Below are positions 29,713 through 44,199 of a stretch of 64,000 nucleotides of DNA, one piece after another. The stretch comes from Eledone cirrhosa. Taxonomy: Eukaryota. Location of the stretch: NCBI GenBank assembly GCA_964016885.1, contig OZ024742.1, positions 188,790,001-188,854,000 on the forward strand. The letters run 5' to 3'. The notes below the pieces were generated by a model that saw only the letters and a program-made list of their open reading frames with translations, was not told the DNA's origin and made no database searches. Within the stretch, counting starts at the first letter, position 1; each line of letters opens with the position of its first letter. Both the position numbers and the translations under genes were made by a program.

Positions 29713-29990
29713 TTGCTGCTGATCGTAAAAAATGGCGAAAGACTGTATATGAGAGAAAAGTTGCCTTTGAGGCATCTCGAATCACATACGAGAAAGTAAA
29801 GCGGGATGTGAGGAAGGACATTGCTGTTGCACTTCCAGACGGCGAGGCTCCTCCTATGGTGCTGACATGCAGCGTCTGTGCGAGACTCTGCCTAAGCAAA
29901 GCTGGACTCGAAAGTCATCTTCGCAGTCATAAAGTAAGACCAGTGGTTGACTACCAGGCTGCTGTTTTCCGGAAACAAATAGACAAATGC
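29713..29990 (+). mobile_element. RTE-clade LINE 3' fragment with C2H2 finger
   Basis: AADRKKWRKTV...AFE...LTCSVCARLCLSKAGLESHLRSH. Confidence 0.8.
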
Positions 29991-30004
29991 GGAAACAAAG
30001 ACGG

Positions 30005-30800
30005 AAGGCCCATTGTCACAATTCTAGCGACTGAAAGAAACGTCGGCACGTTACGTATCAAGGAAGCGCTTTTTTATCAAATGCCTGCAACCGCAAATAA
30101 ACAACCGATCAGAGAGAAGCTAAATGAGATGGCTGGTTTAAGCTAACAAACGATGCAGCAACACACGCACACACACACACAAACGAGACAACTACACACA
30201 CACACAGTAGCAATCCACCATACGAACATACTACACTGCCAATACAGAGGAACAAGGCAACAACACACGCACACACACACTCAAGCGAGACAACAACACA
30301 CGCCCACACAGTAACATTTAACAAACAGGCAGAGAATGGACTGAGAGCTAGCGCCACCCCACTCCGTCATTCGGCCTCTGACCTCTGCCTGACCGACCCC
30401 ATTTCACGCGCACGCGCGCTCTGCCGAATACCTCAGATATTCAAAACAACAAACAGCGGAGGACGCGTTTCGCACCTGTCCGACAGATAACCTTTCCCCC
30501 ACCCCGGAAAAAACCCCAGTTGATGGATGTGAATCGGAAATATATAGGGACTATTAAATGTCTCCCAAGGTAACTCTCTCTCGTGTTGTTATTTTTATTT
30601 TATCCTTTATACTCTTTCCTTCATTCTTCTACACATCTCATACACACCACGCATCTCAACGTACACCCACTTACATCTCTCTCTCCACCACCGGATCTTG
30701 TTACCCGGAGATTTACCCATTTGCATTGTCGAGGCTTCCAAACGACTTAAAGACATTTACTTATTATTCCACAATGCTTCAAGCAAACTTCAATACTCTC
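30005..30800 (+). mobile_element. probable PLE 3' end (EN tail plus UTR) fused to the RTE fragment
   Basis: VTILATERNVGTLRIKEALF resembles a GIY-YIG C-terminus; UTR homologous to 21975-22330; ends in TA. Confidence 0.55.
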
Positions 30801-30975
30801 TTATATATATATATATATTTCTTATTTTTATATTTTCTTTTTTATTTATTTAATAATTTTGTTTTTCTCCTCGTGCAATGGGCATACTCGATAACGAGGG
30901 GGCAGCCATCATGTATGTATATGTTTATGTATATGTATATATATGTCTATATATATGTATGTATGTGTCTATATG

Positions 30976-31013
<38 letters not shown>

Positions 31014-31017
<4 letters not shown>

Positions 31018-31220
31018 GAAGGAAATGTGGTAAGGAACCAGATGGACCATAACGCGCCAAAGTTCCGAATACTTAGGGTAGTAGAGTGGGTAATAGGAAC
31101 GAGTAGGACCTCGACGGCTGAGCTCAAGCCGTTTGGACGGCTAATTCTGGACTAAAATGATTTTAGTCCAGATTTAGCCGTCGAAACGGCTTGAGCTCAG
31201 CCGTCGGGGCCCTAATCGTT

Positions 31221-31222
<2 letters not shown>
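31014..31222. mobile_element. family A fold-back tail with 3' half of an HHR
   Basis: Hairpin centred ~31160; GAAA-CGGCT tgagctc AGCCG-TC-gggg at 31183-31209. Confidence 0.75.
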
Positions 31223-31312
<90 letters not shown>

Positions 31313-31416
31313 TATATATATAACATCAGACACGAGTTTCATAACATGCTACAAAATTATATTTACGCGTATCTCCCAGCAAAGCTAAGTGTTGAGGAAA
31401 ACAAGATTATTAACAT

Positions 31417-31597
31417 GGCAGTAACGGTAGTGGGTCGGACACCATGCTTTGACGCATAGAGTTACGGCCCCTGCCATTCTGAGTTCAAATCCCGCCGAGG
31501 TTAACTTTGCCTTTCATTCTTACGGGGTCGATAAAATAAGGTACCAGTAATACACTGGGTTATTGCTGGCCTTGTGCCTAAAGTAGAAACAATTATT
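31417..31597 (+). mobile_element. tRNA-derived SINE (Meta-domain-like)
   Basis: GAGTTCAAATCCCGCCGAGG...GCCTTTCATTCTTACGGGGTCGATAAAATAAGGTACCAG; more decayed copies ~11930, 15450, 19400, 40440, 46095, 53550, 54710. Confidence 0.85.
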
Positions 31598-32062
31598 AAC
31601 AACATGAGTGATGATATTAGAATACAACGAAAATGAAGATGTACAGAAGAAAGAAGAGGAGCAAGAAAAATTTAGAAATGTGGAAGGTATTAATTATACT
31701 GGCATAAAACCAAAATATATGTCTCAGGACAGAATACTGGACAGATTCTACGTTCGTTGTCTTGTCATTTCTTTGTTAAGCATATTTACTAATATGACGA
31801 ACGTGTTTATCTCTTCTCCGCCATTTATTCTAAGGATTTACATTGCTTAATACGATATATTGCTTTCTTGTTCCTGCGTTTTTACTTCCTTTCTTTGTTC
31901 TTCCTGTTTCTACTTCTAGTAAGTGTGGTTGTCTTCTGTTCCTTGTCCCTCTTCTGTAAACCCCATTTGTCTCTCCCTCTCTATGTGACTCCCCCTCTCT
32001 CTCTCTCTATATATATATATGCATATATATATATATATGTATATATATATTTAATATAGAAA

Positions 32063-32115
32063 TGGCTTCTACAGGACTAGAACTGTTTCACTCGGGAGAT
32101 ATCATCAGGAAGCCA
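32063..32115 (-). ncRNA. type I hammerhead ribozyme
   Basis: tggcttc-CTGATGA-tatctcccgagt-GAAA-CAG ttctagtc CTG-TA-gaagcca; weak stem II. Confidence 0.7.
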
Positions 32116-32328
32116 GTATTAAGTATTAAGTACCTTACTTACTGTGATTACCCCCGACTGAACCCTGGATAAACTTATATATATATGTGTGTGTGTATAT
32201 ATATACATATATATATATATATTAATATAAGCAGAACAAGCAAAATTCAACCAATTTTTTAAAATAAATTAAAAAATATAATTTAAATATTTACCTATTA
32301 AATAGTTACCCACGGGCTTACTAACTTC

Positions 32329-32388
<60 letters not shown>

Positions 32389-32391
<3 letters not shown>

Positions 32392-32592
32392 AGAAAGTAT
32401 GACTCCGACAGCAGAGCTCAAGCCGTTTCGACGGCTATTTCTGGACTAAAATAGTCCAGAATTAGCCGTCGAAACGGCTTGAGCTCTGCCGTCGGGGTCA
32501 TACGTTCTCCTATTACCCACTTTACTATCCTAAGTATTGAGTACTCTGGTGAGTTATGGTCCATTTGGTTCCTTACCACAATTCCTCCGTTA
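32389..32592. mobile_element. family A fold-back tail
   Basis: Hairpin centred ~32450, flanked by TA on both sides. Confidence 0.75.
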
Positions 32593-32600
32593 TATATATT

Positions 32601-32654
<54 letters not shown>

Positions 32655-33596
32655 TGTGTGTGTGTATGTGTGTGTGTGTGTGTATGTGTGTGTGTGTACA
32701 TTTTGAGGGAATTTGGTGAAGTAACCTAATATTATTTATTCCTTTCATACATCAATGTGTAGGTACAAGCCATAATTATAATGGGCCAACCATAGATAAT
32801 CCCCTGTCAAATAATTCATTTCAGTAACGGATTAGTCTTTAAGTTGCTTAATTAAGTTTTTTCTTTTCTTTTCCACATGTACTTAGCCTACAGAGTGCAA
32901 ATTATAGAAGCTGTTGTTATACCGTTATATATTGTTTATTTATTTCATTGGCGTTTCCTATATTTTAAATCTTCAATTGCGTATCTCGCTTGAAATGTTT
33001 CTACGAAATCATGTGATTTAGACAAAGGATACAAACGGAACATAAGTTTGATTTAAAATTTACCCCTTCTTAGGTGAGTGCTTAATCGAATAATATATTT
33101 CCAAATCCATTTGTACGTGTATGTGTTAATTTTTATGTGTGTGTATTTCTTTTTTGTTTGTGTATGTGTGTGAATTTATAAGTATCTACCCACACACGCG
33201 TGGTATAAGAGAGAAAGGAATGTCATGTACTTAAATCATTCTTATTAATTATGTAGAGTATTCATTTAATAAAATGATCAAATTGGATCACAGTTCTCTT
33301 TTCAATGTAACTTGTGAAAAAGAAAGGAAAAATAAAATAATATATCTATATCTATCTATCTCCCCCTCTCTCTCACTTTATATATATAATTTTACTTTTA
33401 CTTTCTTTTAAATATATATATATATATATATAAATAAATACAATATCGCAGAAAGCTTTTTCGCGATAATCTACCAAAATATACGGTAGTGTCCAATCCG
33501 TGTGAAGAACTCAATGTAATCCCAATGTAGAAGATATAGAAATAGAAGATGCATTCAAAAATGTACGATAGAGAGAGAGAGGGAGAGATAGATAGA

Positions 33597-33684
<88 letters not shown>

Positions 33685-33786
33685 GAGAAATGAGTAAAAT
33701 CCCATACAACTCCATAGCCACCCTACATTTCCACATGTATGGAGTACTCATTTGATTAGTGGTCTCCTCAGTTTCAACACAACAGA

Positions 33787-33872
<86 letters not shown>

Positions 33873-33898
33873 CTCTGTATATATATATATATATATAT

Positions 33899-34033
33899 AA
33901 CAGAGGAGGTAAGGAACCAGTTGGACCATAACGCACCAGAGTACTCAATACTTAGGGTAGCAGAGTGGGTAATAGGAGAAAGTATGACCTCGACAGCAGG
34001 CTTGAGCTCTGCCGTCGGGGTCATACTTTCTCA
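33899..34033. mobile_element. family A fold-back tail
   Basis: Folds back inside HHR stem III (~34000). Confidence 0.7.
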
Positions 34034-34302
34034 TATATATATATATATACACTTATATATATTATATACATGCATATATAAATATATACATACAAGTTTT
34101 AAACTGGTTCTATCCTTATATATATATATATATACAGTTCGGTTTCGTATTCGTTCAAATGTTAGCTGTCACGATCTGTTGTTATTTTTAATTAACGAAG
34201 AATTGTATAATTTTTTCAGGCAGATTATCACTAAGGTAAACATGTTGTTGGGATACAAAAATTCTAATAACTCCTGTAAGGTGTGCATGTAGTCATATCA
34301 AC

Positions 34303-34450
<148 letters not shown>

Positions 34451-34542
34451 CCAAATATTAATATGGTTTATTTATTACTCAATGAAAAATGGTTTTACAA
34501 TAGATTAACAGCACTCTACAAAGAAGTTTTCTGGAGTTATTA

Positions 34543-34792
34543 ATATTATTCAGAATATTAATAAAGAAGACATTCACATAATCAAAATACATGTTTTATT
34601 ATATATATTTCGAAGGTACTGTGTTAGTTTTTCAGTACGTCCTCGTCAGATAAAATACATGAATTGATACATCATGAATTTTATCTGATGTGGACCTATT
34701 GAAAAAACAACACAGTACCTTCGAAATATATATAATAAAACATATGTTTTGATTATGTGAATGTCTTCATTTATTAATATTCTGAATAATAT
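34543..34792. repeat. fold-back with an HHR in each arm
   Basis: ~115-bp arms; centre immediately 5' of the ribozyme. Confidence 0.9.
34594..34655 (-). ncRNA. type I hammerhead ribozyme (decayed + copy at 34679-34740)
   Basis: ttttat-CTGACGA-ggacGTACTG...CAGTACcttc-GAAA-TATATA-TA-ataaaa. Confidence 0.75.
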
Positions 34793-34908
34793 ATATATAT
34801 ATATATAAATATTTGTTTATGCTGCGTAATTATGTAATTTTCTCTCCTTCTGTCTCTTTCTGACATTCCTCATTCTCCTTTTTATATACTCACACACGCA
34901 TGTAGACA

Positions 34909-34997
<89 letters not shown>

Positions 34998-35098
34998 ATG
35001 TATATAAATTATACATACAGATATTTAGAAACATACGCACCCATATATATATATATATATGAGAATAAACGTGCTGCGTGGTTGCTAATGGGTTACAC

Positions 35099-35610
35099 AT
35101 GAATAAAGTTAGTCCTTCATCAGTGATCTTCCAACCATCATTGGTATTTCATCGCTTTAAAGACCATATACCTTCGGTTGGTGCGAGCAACGGCTAAAAA
35201 AAGTCGTTGGGACACGTAAATAAAGGGGACACGAGTGTAAACAAACAAAGATGGTGAAGCAACGAAAAGTGAGGAAGAAGGAGTCAAGTACCAAATTTCC
35301 ATGAATATAAATTCGGTGAAATCGTAAACAAGAGAGAATAAAGACCATCAAACCTGGTTGGAAGGTGAGCATGGAAGGAATTCCGTACAGGTCTAACGGG
35401 AGGAATAAGGGATCTAGTCTGTGAATTCGGTGAACGTAAGTTCTGTGAAATCGTAGACGAGAGATCGTTGCTTCACCATCTTTGTTTACACTCGTGTCCC
35501 CTTTATTTACGCGTCCCAACGACTTTTTTTAGCCGTTGCTCGCACCAACCGGACCGATGAAATACCAATGATGGTTGGAAGATCACTGATGAAGGACTAA
35601 CTTGATTCAT
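35099..35610. repeat. fold-back, arms ~35099-35265 / 35465-35610; related sequence at ~42990-43150
   Basis: Reverse-complement arms end CACTGATGAAGGACTAACTT(G/T)ATTCAT. Confidence 0.85.
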
Positions 35611-35708
35611 ATATATATATATATATGTGATTTATGGTAGCTAAGATGCGTCCATAGGCAGTATGCCGGTTGAGCAGTCTATGCTCCTAAGGAGCAGAGT
35701 ATGATAAA

Positions 35709-36314
35709 ATGGAAACCGAAGAATCAGTTATGCATCGGAACTCAATTTATTACGTATTTCAAATGTTTCTCCGGCGAAATCTCTGTTGGTGGATCGACCT
35801 GACTCTGGATTCGCAAGACCCTCAGATACGTCTGTTGGTTACAAAGCAGGTTCTCTTTCTAAAGGTTTCCCATCTTTCGAGAATATTTCGTCTGTCTTCA
35901 TCCTGTCCGTGCGTTCTCTAGGTTGGTCACTGTTTTGTGACGTCATCACAGTTCTGGCCACTGAAATCTGCCCACTGTCCATCTAGTCGTGAGCTGTAAC
36001 TCATCTTCGTCCTATCCTAAAAATTACTGCTATGTGTACCTACACACACTCCCGTACAGACCCACACACACACAGATAGACACACGCGGGCAGACACACA
36101 CAGATAGACACACACAGATAGAGCCTGCGTGCTTGTGCTCTCGCATGTACCTACACCTTCATATACACTTATCTATATATACACCCACACATACACAGTC
36201 ACACAGATATACATATACACCCACACACATGTGCACACACACACACTCACACACACACACATAAGTATACACACATGTGTGTGTGTCTATATATATATAT
36301 ATGTGCGTATACAA

Positions 36315-36366
<52 letters not shown>

Positions 36367-37005
36367 ACATGTGTGTGGGTGTATATGTATATGTGTGTGT
36401 GTAGGTAGGTAGCTGTATGTAAGTACGCATGTGTGTGTCTGTGTGTATGTGTACGCATATGTGCATGTGTGCGTATATGCCTCTCTGTGCGTGCATGTAC
36501 ATGTATATTTGTGTGACTGTGTATGTGTGGGTGTATATATAGATAAGTGTATATGAATGTGTAGGTACATGCGAGAGCACAAGCACACAGGCTCTATCTG
36601 TGTGTGTCTATCTGTGTGTGTCTGCCCGCGTGTGTCTATCTGTGTGTGTGGAGGTTTGTACGGGAGTGTGTGTAAGTACACATAGCAGTAATTTTGAGGA
36701 TGGGACGAAGATGAGTGACAGCTCACAACTAGATTGTCAGCGGGCAGATTTCAGTGGCCAGAACTGTGATGACGTCACAAACCAGTGACAAACCCAGAGG
36801 ACGCATGAACATGATGAAGACAGACGACATATACTCGGAAGATGGGTACCCTTTAGAAAGAAAACCTGCTTTGTAACCAACAGACGTATCTGAGGGTCTT
36901 GCGAATCCAGAGTCAGGTCGATCCACCAACAGAGATCTCGCGGGAGAAACATTTGTGATACGTAATAAATTGAGTTCCGATGCATAACTGATTCTTCGTT
37001 TTCCA
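35709..37005. repeat. 1.3-kb fold-back with a decayed HHR in each arm (35752-35831 -, 36884-36963 +)
   Basis: ~500-bp arms; acgtat-CTGAGGG-TCTTGCGA...TCGCGGGA-GAAA-CATTTG-TG-atacgt. Confidence 0.88.
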
Positions 37006-37057
37006 TATATATATATATATATATGTGTGTGACACACATATATGATCTATGCCGACC

Positions 37058-37283
37058 AAATTTCCGTTTGGTTGTTTGGTTCGATAACTGGGTGGTTGTT
37101 TATATATTGCCAAGTCTCTTTCGTCCCACATTTTGTGACCTCCTCAGTACGTGGGCTTCTATTTTCTGTCCCTCCTTCGTTCTGTCCTACAGCGATAGAC
37201 CAGTCACTGTGGAGGTCACAAAAGTTCTTTGACAATATATAAACAACCATTCGGTTATCGAACCAACTAATCAACAGGAAATT
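37058..37283. mobile_element. fold-back of a diverged GIY-YIG PLE tail with decayed HHR
   Basis: Minus strand CTGAGGA-GGTCAC...GGGAC-GAAA; similar to 25159-25250. Confidence 0.7.
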
Positions 37284-39202
37284 GTGGTAACTACCGATTA
37301 CCCGGGTGATCGGTAGTTCCCACAATTCTGGTTTGTATTTATTTTTCTTGATTTATTCTTAAATTGAGTCTAACAAACCCTATTGTCTGTAATTAGTATT
37401 CTTTTCACCTTAGCGAATCTGGTCGCTTACGATTTGAACATATATATGTATATGTATGTTTCGTTTTTCTTTTTTGTTCAGTTTTATTATACTGCTCGGA
37501 AAAACCTCTTTCCTAGAGCTAATTCACTGTAATGAGACTATTTTGAGTTACTAACTCAATACATGCCTTTGATCCAAAATTGAATATATTCCGTTCATTA
37601 ATTTCTGTTCACAAGGCATTGATCAACACAAGGAGATTGCAGAGGATATCTTCTTAAGGGACCACGCAATGGGACGAAATCCGAAATAACGTGATTGTGT
37701 AGTAAACACCTTAGCCATCCAACCATGCTTACACATTTCATAAATCCTATGGACGCTTACGGTATTGAAGCCAATAATTTCATGTTTACAAGTTTAATAA
37801 TTTTGTAGCTTCATTCAGTCAAGTTTGTTGATAAGTACCAGCTAGAACACTTGATTATTGAATGTGATACAAACATATTGTATTTAGAATGAATAATACT
37901 TATATGTCAAATGCCATAAAGAATATCCATTTAACTATAAGTAATTGCGATATTATATATATGTTTGTGTGTGTATGAATGTTTGTATATATATGGGACT
38001 GGCTTTGTGCAGTGCCTTTGCTCACTATAAAAGCTTCACGGCACAGGCATTGCTTTATATCTGGAGATCTCTCTGCACTTGTCGTTACATGGTACCATGG
38101 GCCCAGCACTATGTGTCAAAAATTGTCACAAGTGTAGTGTTTGTACCACAGTTTTCAAGTCGCTGGCTGGACTAAAAAGACACACTCGTTCAGCGCATCG
38201 GTAGGGGTTCTCCTACATGGATTTAAAGTAGTGGCCGTACTCGAAAACGAGTTGGTAGCCACCATATATATATATATATATATTTATTTCTTTATGTATG
38301 TATATGTGTGTGTGCATATATATATATATGTGTGTGTGTGCGGTGTATATGTATCTATGTGTAGAGGTATATATATATATATATACATACACATACATAT
38401 ATCCAAACATATATATGTGTGTGTGTGTGCCTGAAGGCGCGTGGCTTAATTGTTATCCAGTTAGTTTCTCGATCATATACTTTTAACATCGTCTCCAAAC
38501 CTGACGCCAAGTTGTGTCCTTGTGTAAATCCTTTATTTCACGTTGCCTAATTCTTCTCAGCTGGAAATTTCGATTTACAGTGAAGTATTGCCAAGGTGTA
38601 TCGGCTAATACATGTGTCTTAGACAACAGCAGTTGACTGAAAACTGCAATTCAGGGATGAATGCTGGTTTTCCACAAAACAGCTTAACTAGGTTTATGAC
38701 TTGAAGTGGAATATTTCATGTATAAACCAATGGTCTTTTATGACGACAAGTTCCTTTCCTAATACTGCGCTACTTTCTAAATATCACCTCGTTGGTTGAT
38801 CATACATTTAAATCTAACTACCGTCGATATAAACATTGTAATTCATTTTCCGAAATACAATTAAAAGAAAAAAGATTTAGTTTGTAAAAACTAAACAATG
38901 TATGTATGGAATATTTATTAATACCAAAATACAATCTAACTATTAATAGCATATTCAGCATGTTTGAATATACCTCTATACAGATCTGGCGTTGCGGATT
39001 TTCCTAGTATTTCTAGGCCTCTTTACAAAGCGAATGAGAAACACACCGCTGCTGACATCATTTCGTTGTGATTTTCAAGCCGAGAAATTTTTAATATAAT
39101 GCATCAAACACAACACAGTATTGTATTTAATATACACTATATAAAATGTTTAAAAGAAAGGTTCTTTACGGCTTTCGCTCGCTCAAACGCCCCCTACTAA
39201 TC

Positions 39203-39254
<52 letters not shown>

Positions 39255-39906
39255 TAGATAAATCTACCAAAATGTACGGTGGTGTCCAATCCGTATGAAG
39301 AACTCAATGTAATCCGAATATCATAAAAAGAGATGATGTATTCAAAACTTTTTTTCGATGAAAAATAACGGAAAACAGAGTCAAGATAAATTAATAAAAT
39401 AATATATATATATATAAATATATATATATAGAGAGAGAGAGAGAGAGTTATATATATATAGATAGATATATTTGTGTTTATGCGTTAGATAGAGAGAGCC
39501 TGAGTGTCTGTGAGTGTAAGAGAGTCTCTGTGTGTGTCTGTGTCTGTATGTATTTGTATACATGCACATACACTCACATTCAGGATATACATGTATATAA
39601 GTAAATATATTTACATGAGACATTCAAATATTAACATCTTTGATTTTTATTGAGAAATTCCATGAACTATTAATGTTAATATATGAATTTGAACTGGGGG
39701 CAGAATATTTCAATAACATTGGTTTGTTTATTGTGAGACTTTTATTTCATATGTATGCATGTGAATCCGTCTATCTATCTCACATTGTCTCTTTCACACA
39801 TTCGCTTTCTCTCTCTCCCTCTCTCTCTCTCTATATATATATATAATATATATATTTATATATATTAAAATATAAGTATTAATAAAATAGATGTTCTTTT
39901 GATCAA

Positions 39907-39967
39907 TTACATTTTATTATACATATTTCGGATGTACGACAGTACGTCCTCATCAGACAAAATATAA
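39907..39967 (-). ncRNA. type I hammerhead ribozyme
   Basis: 11-bp stem I ttatattttgt/ataaaatgtaa; CTGATGA; GGAcGTAC tgtc GTACaTCC; GAAA-TATGTA-TA. Confidence 0.85.
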
Positions 39968-40338
39968 TGATATATGACATACCCTGAGATGTTAAATGGT
40001 TAAGATTTAATTAAATGGTTAAGATTTAATTAATAACTCCTGAAAATTATGTTTTTTTCCTGTTGAGTAAAACACATTCTTTGACAGAATATTGTTTAAC
40101 AATTTAATATATATATTTATATATATATATATATATATATATTTCTCCTCTCTCCATCTCCCCCTGTCTCCCTCTCTCTCACTCTCGCTCTCTCTCTATC
40201 TCTCTCTCTCTCTTTCTCTCTCTCTCCCTATCTATCTTCTTCTTGTAAAATCTCGTTTAAAAAACGCCAAAAGCGCTATATGTCATTACGGTGCGCCCGA
40301 CAAGAGTTTACGGATACATGCAGAGGGAGGGAGAGAAA

Positions 40339-40429
<91 letters not shown>

Positions 40430-40864
40430 GTACATAGAGGAATAATCAACTCGAAAAGCGGATTGGTAATTTGATTATTTTCCTCGGAAGGATAAAAGAC
40501 AAAGTTGACCAAGGCCGGATTTGAACTCATCTGGAAAAAGCCGGAACGTATGCCACAAAGTTCTCGCAATTCATTGTTACTGTGTTTATATCATGAGATG
40601 TATATGTGATATGTTAGTATGCTGCGTATTTCAAACTCAGCGCAAGATCCTGGAAATATATTATATGCATTTTTACGCCACAGTTTGACGAGCAGTTGAC
40701 ACAATTTATATCAAGGAATCAAAGGTATTAATCTCACCGTGTCAAGTAAATAGGGATATCATTCATATTATGTCAACTTTCCACAGGTTCACTTAGCTAC
40801 AATAGTATCGTTAATAGAAAATCTCATATATCTGAAACTCGTCAGGTTTCTCAATTAATATCTT

Positions 40865-41113
40865 TAATAGCATTCTTCCATATTGGTTTCTTCATAAAAT
40901 ATATTTTTTCTCCAATATGTAAACCATTAGGCGGTTTAACTATAACTAATAGCATTTTTCCATATTGGTTTCTTTATAAAATATATTGTTTCTCCAACAT
41001 GGTCAACCACTATGCGGTTTAACTATAACTAATAGCATTTTTCCATATTGGTTTCTTTATAAAATATATTGTTTCTCCAATGTGTTCAACCATTAGGCGG
41101 TTTAACAATAACT
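40865..41113. repeat. three tandem copies of an ~82-83-bp unit
   Basis: Units start at 40865, 40947 and 41030. Confidence 0.85.
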
Positions 41114-41859
41114 TACAATCATTAGCAAGACTTAACAAATACTTAAATAATAAAACTAAGTGTAAATTAATAAAAATCCTCTTACGTTAATAATACGATA
41201 AATGTTAATTAATATAGCGTATCGACTCATCTCGTTACAATGCGTTTCTCTATCTAATTCATTCATCATTTTCTGGACAGGTGATAGTTTGAAATGATTC
41301 ATCATGGATCACTCTATAATGACAAATCATTATCAGAGATTGTATTTCTTTTGCCACACACATACACACATACACAACACACACGCGCGCACACACATAC
41401 CCCCCCCCCCCATATATATATATGAAGTCGACCGTCCGAGGTAGAAGCTGCTAAATGTTCGGTTACCCTCATGTCTCTGTTTTTCAGCCCCATAGATTTT
41501 GTCTATTATATTCCTTTGTTATATTTCGAATATTATATTCCTTTGTTATATTTCGATGATGTCACCGGATTCATACTGAACCCGGTCATTGAAATGATCA
41601 TAGTATAATAAACCATTTAAGGAATTACACCAGTCCAGCCTCCTGTTATTTTATAATAATTAACGCCGGATTCGCACCACCAACTACACTAACGAAGACG
41701 GGTGAGTTGCATTACGTTGAGTGCTCTCCATAATAATACATCAAGGTTGACTATATGGAATGACCAGTTCTATCCAGTGGTGAACCAAAAACCTAAATAA
41801 AAAAAATAAAAATATATATATATATATATATATATATGTGTTTGTGTATGTATATATAC

Positions 41860-44117
41860 TAATAAAACTGACGGCCGTATGTATGTAACAAACTTTTCGC
41901 CAAACGGCTGAACCAAACGGCACCAAATGTACACCATAGATGTAACTTTTTCCAAGTAAGAAAGTATTTGTGTCTACTAATTGTGTTAAAAGATTAAAGA
42001 TATTATTTAAATATTCACTTCTTTAAAATTTTCAAATTTCAACATTTCCGGTTATACGACATTCCTCTCTCTTTCTTAGTCTTTTTAGATAAATACATAG
42101 CTATAACGTTGCGCCCTTATAATATGTCTCTGTATGTCTGATTGTCTGCATTATGGATACCATTCTGTACACTGACTTCGCTATCTGTGTGTGTGTGTAT
42201 ATATGTATATATAGTGTATATATATATATATATATATATAATGTATATATATATATATATATATCATAAATCATGTCTTATGAATCATCAGATATTAAAA
42301 TATATACTATTTCTTCTTCTAATCAGCATAATTAACCATATACAAAATCCATCCTAGCAAGTTATAAGAATAAATTCTCTTATGGGGAAATCTCCGACAA
42401 ATAATCGACCGTAGCCTCTTCGCGTCGGCCCCGTTCCATTATTTATCCAACATTTCGACAGCATGTAGGATCCGACTAAATATACCATCAACCACACATA
42501 ATTAGTAGTAAAATTAAACTTAGAAGAAATGCGCACATACCGTAATTATATCTCTACCATGGTTTCTTCCTTATTTAGGACTTCCAAATAATATGGATGC
42601 TCAGAGTTAGGTTTCATCAGGAGATAAACTCAAAATCAGACATCTAGTTTTTCTAACCGATCGCGCCAAATTTAGATTAACAAATGGCTAAAATCGCTAT
42701 GTAGCTGTGTTCCAGCCAGAGAGAAAGAGTGTGATTGGTTGCTTACGCCGGGTAGGCTTGCTGCTAGAAAGCGCAGCCATATATCGCCAAATTTAATCTC
42801 AACCAATTGGGAGATTATTAAATATAAAGGTTATCATATACATAAAGTTAAAGATATATATATGTTGCAACTGTTCACTTTTAAGCTCTATGAAGAATTA
42901 ATAAATTAAAATTAAAAAATCAGAGCATTATATGGCGTGCTGCGTTGTTGCGAATGTGATACATATGAATTAAAAAAGAGCAAAAGACCAGGACTATCTT
43001 TCATCAGTGATCTTGTTGCTATCATCGATATTTCTTCGCATTAAAGACAAGATACCTCAAGCGAGCGTGAAAAATAACGAAAATATATTATTGGGATAAA
43101 AAGATTGGGTGGAGAAAGAGAGACATGTAAACAAACAAAATGGTAAGGTAACGTAAAGAGAGGAAGATGTGAACTTAAGTTATAGCAACTCATTGACGAG
43201 AAGAAAAGAAGACGCGTCCAAACCCAGCGAAATGTAAGCGAGAAAAGGATTTCACACAGGTCAGACGGGAGGAAGTGAGAGAGGGGGAGTAGCAGAGTGT
43301 GAGTGAGTGTAAGTGTGAGGAAGAGGCCAGCCGAGAGAGGGTGACCAACCGAGGAGGTGAAAGACAGGTCACAGCGGAGGGAAATATATATATATATATA
43401 TAGTGTTTGTATCATAAATAAGAGACAGTTTAATTTGTACATTTTATTACAGCATCCCTTTATACGTATATATATATATACACATAAAGATGTTTTTTAC
43501 AGTTGTATAAAAAAAGAAGTATAATTGTTTCTACTGTTGGCACAAGGCCAGCAATTATCCCAGTACATTACAGGTACTTTATTATATATAATATATATAA
43601 TACGACATTCCTCTTTCTTTCTTACTCTGTCTCTTTATCTTTAAATAGATACATAGCTATAACGTCGCGCGCTTATAATATCTGCATGTATGTCTGCCTG
43701 TCTGCATAGACTTCGCTTCTAACTAACTTTTAATTAGTTATATATATATATATAATTATATATATATTATATATATACAGCTGGACCAAACAGCAGCAAA
43801 TTTACACCATAGATGTAATTTTCCAAGTAAGAAAGTGAGGGTATTTTTGTTTACTAAATTTGGTTAAAAGATAAAATATATTTTATTGTTTATTTAAGTA
43901 TTCACTCCTTTAAAATTTTTTCAAATGTCAACATTTGCGATTAGCGATCTCTCTCTTTCTTAGTCTGTCTTTGTAGATAGATACATAGCTATAACGTCGT
44001 GCCCTTATAATATCTGTATGTATGTCTGGCAGTCTGCATTACGTAAACCATTCTGTTCATTGACTTCGTTATCTGTGTGTACGTGTGTATATATATATAT
44101 ATATATATATGTTTATA

Positions 44118-44199
<82 letters not shown>

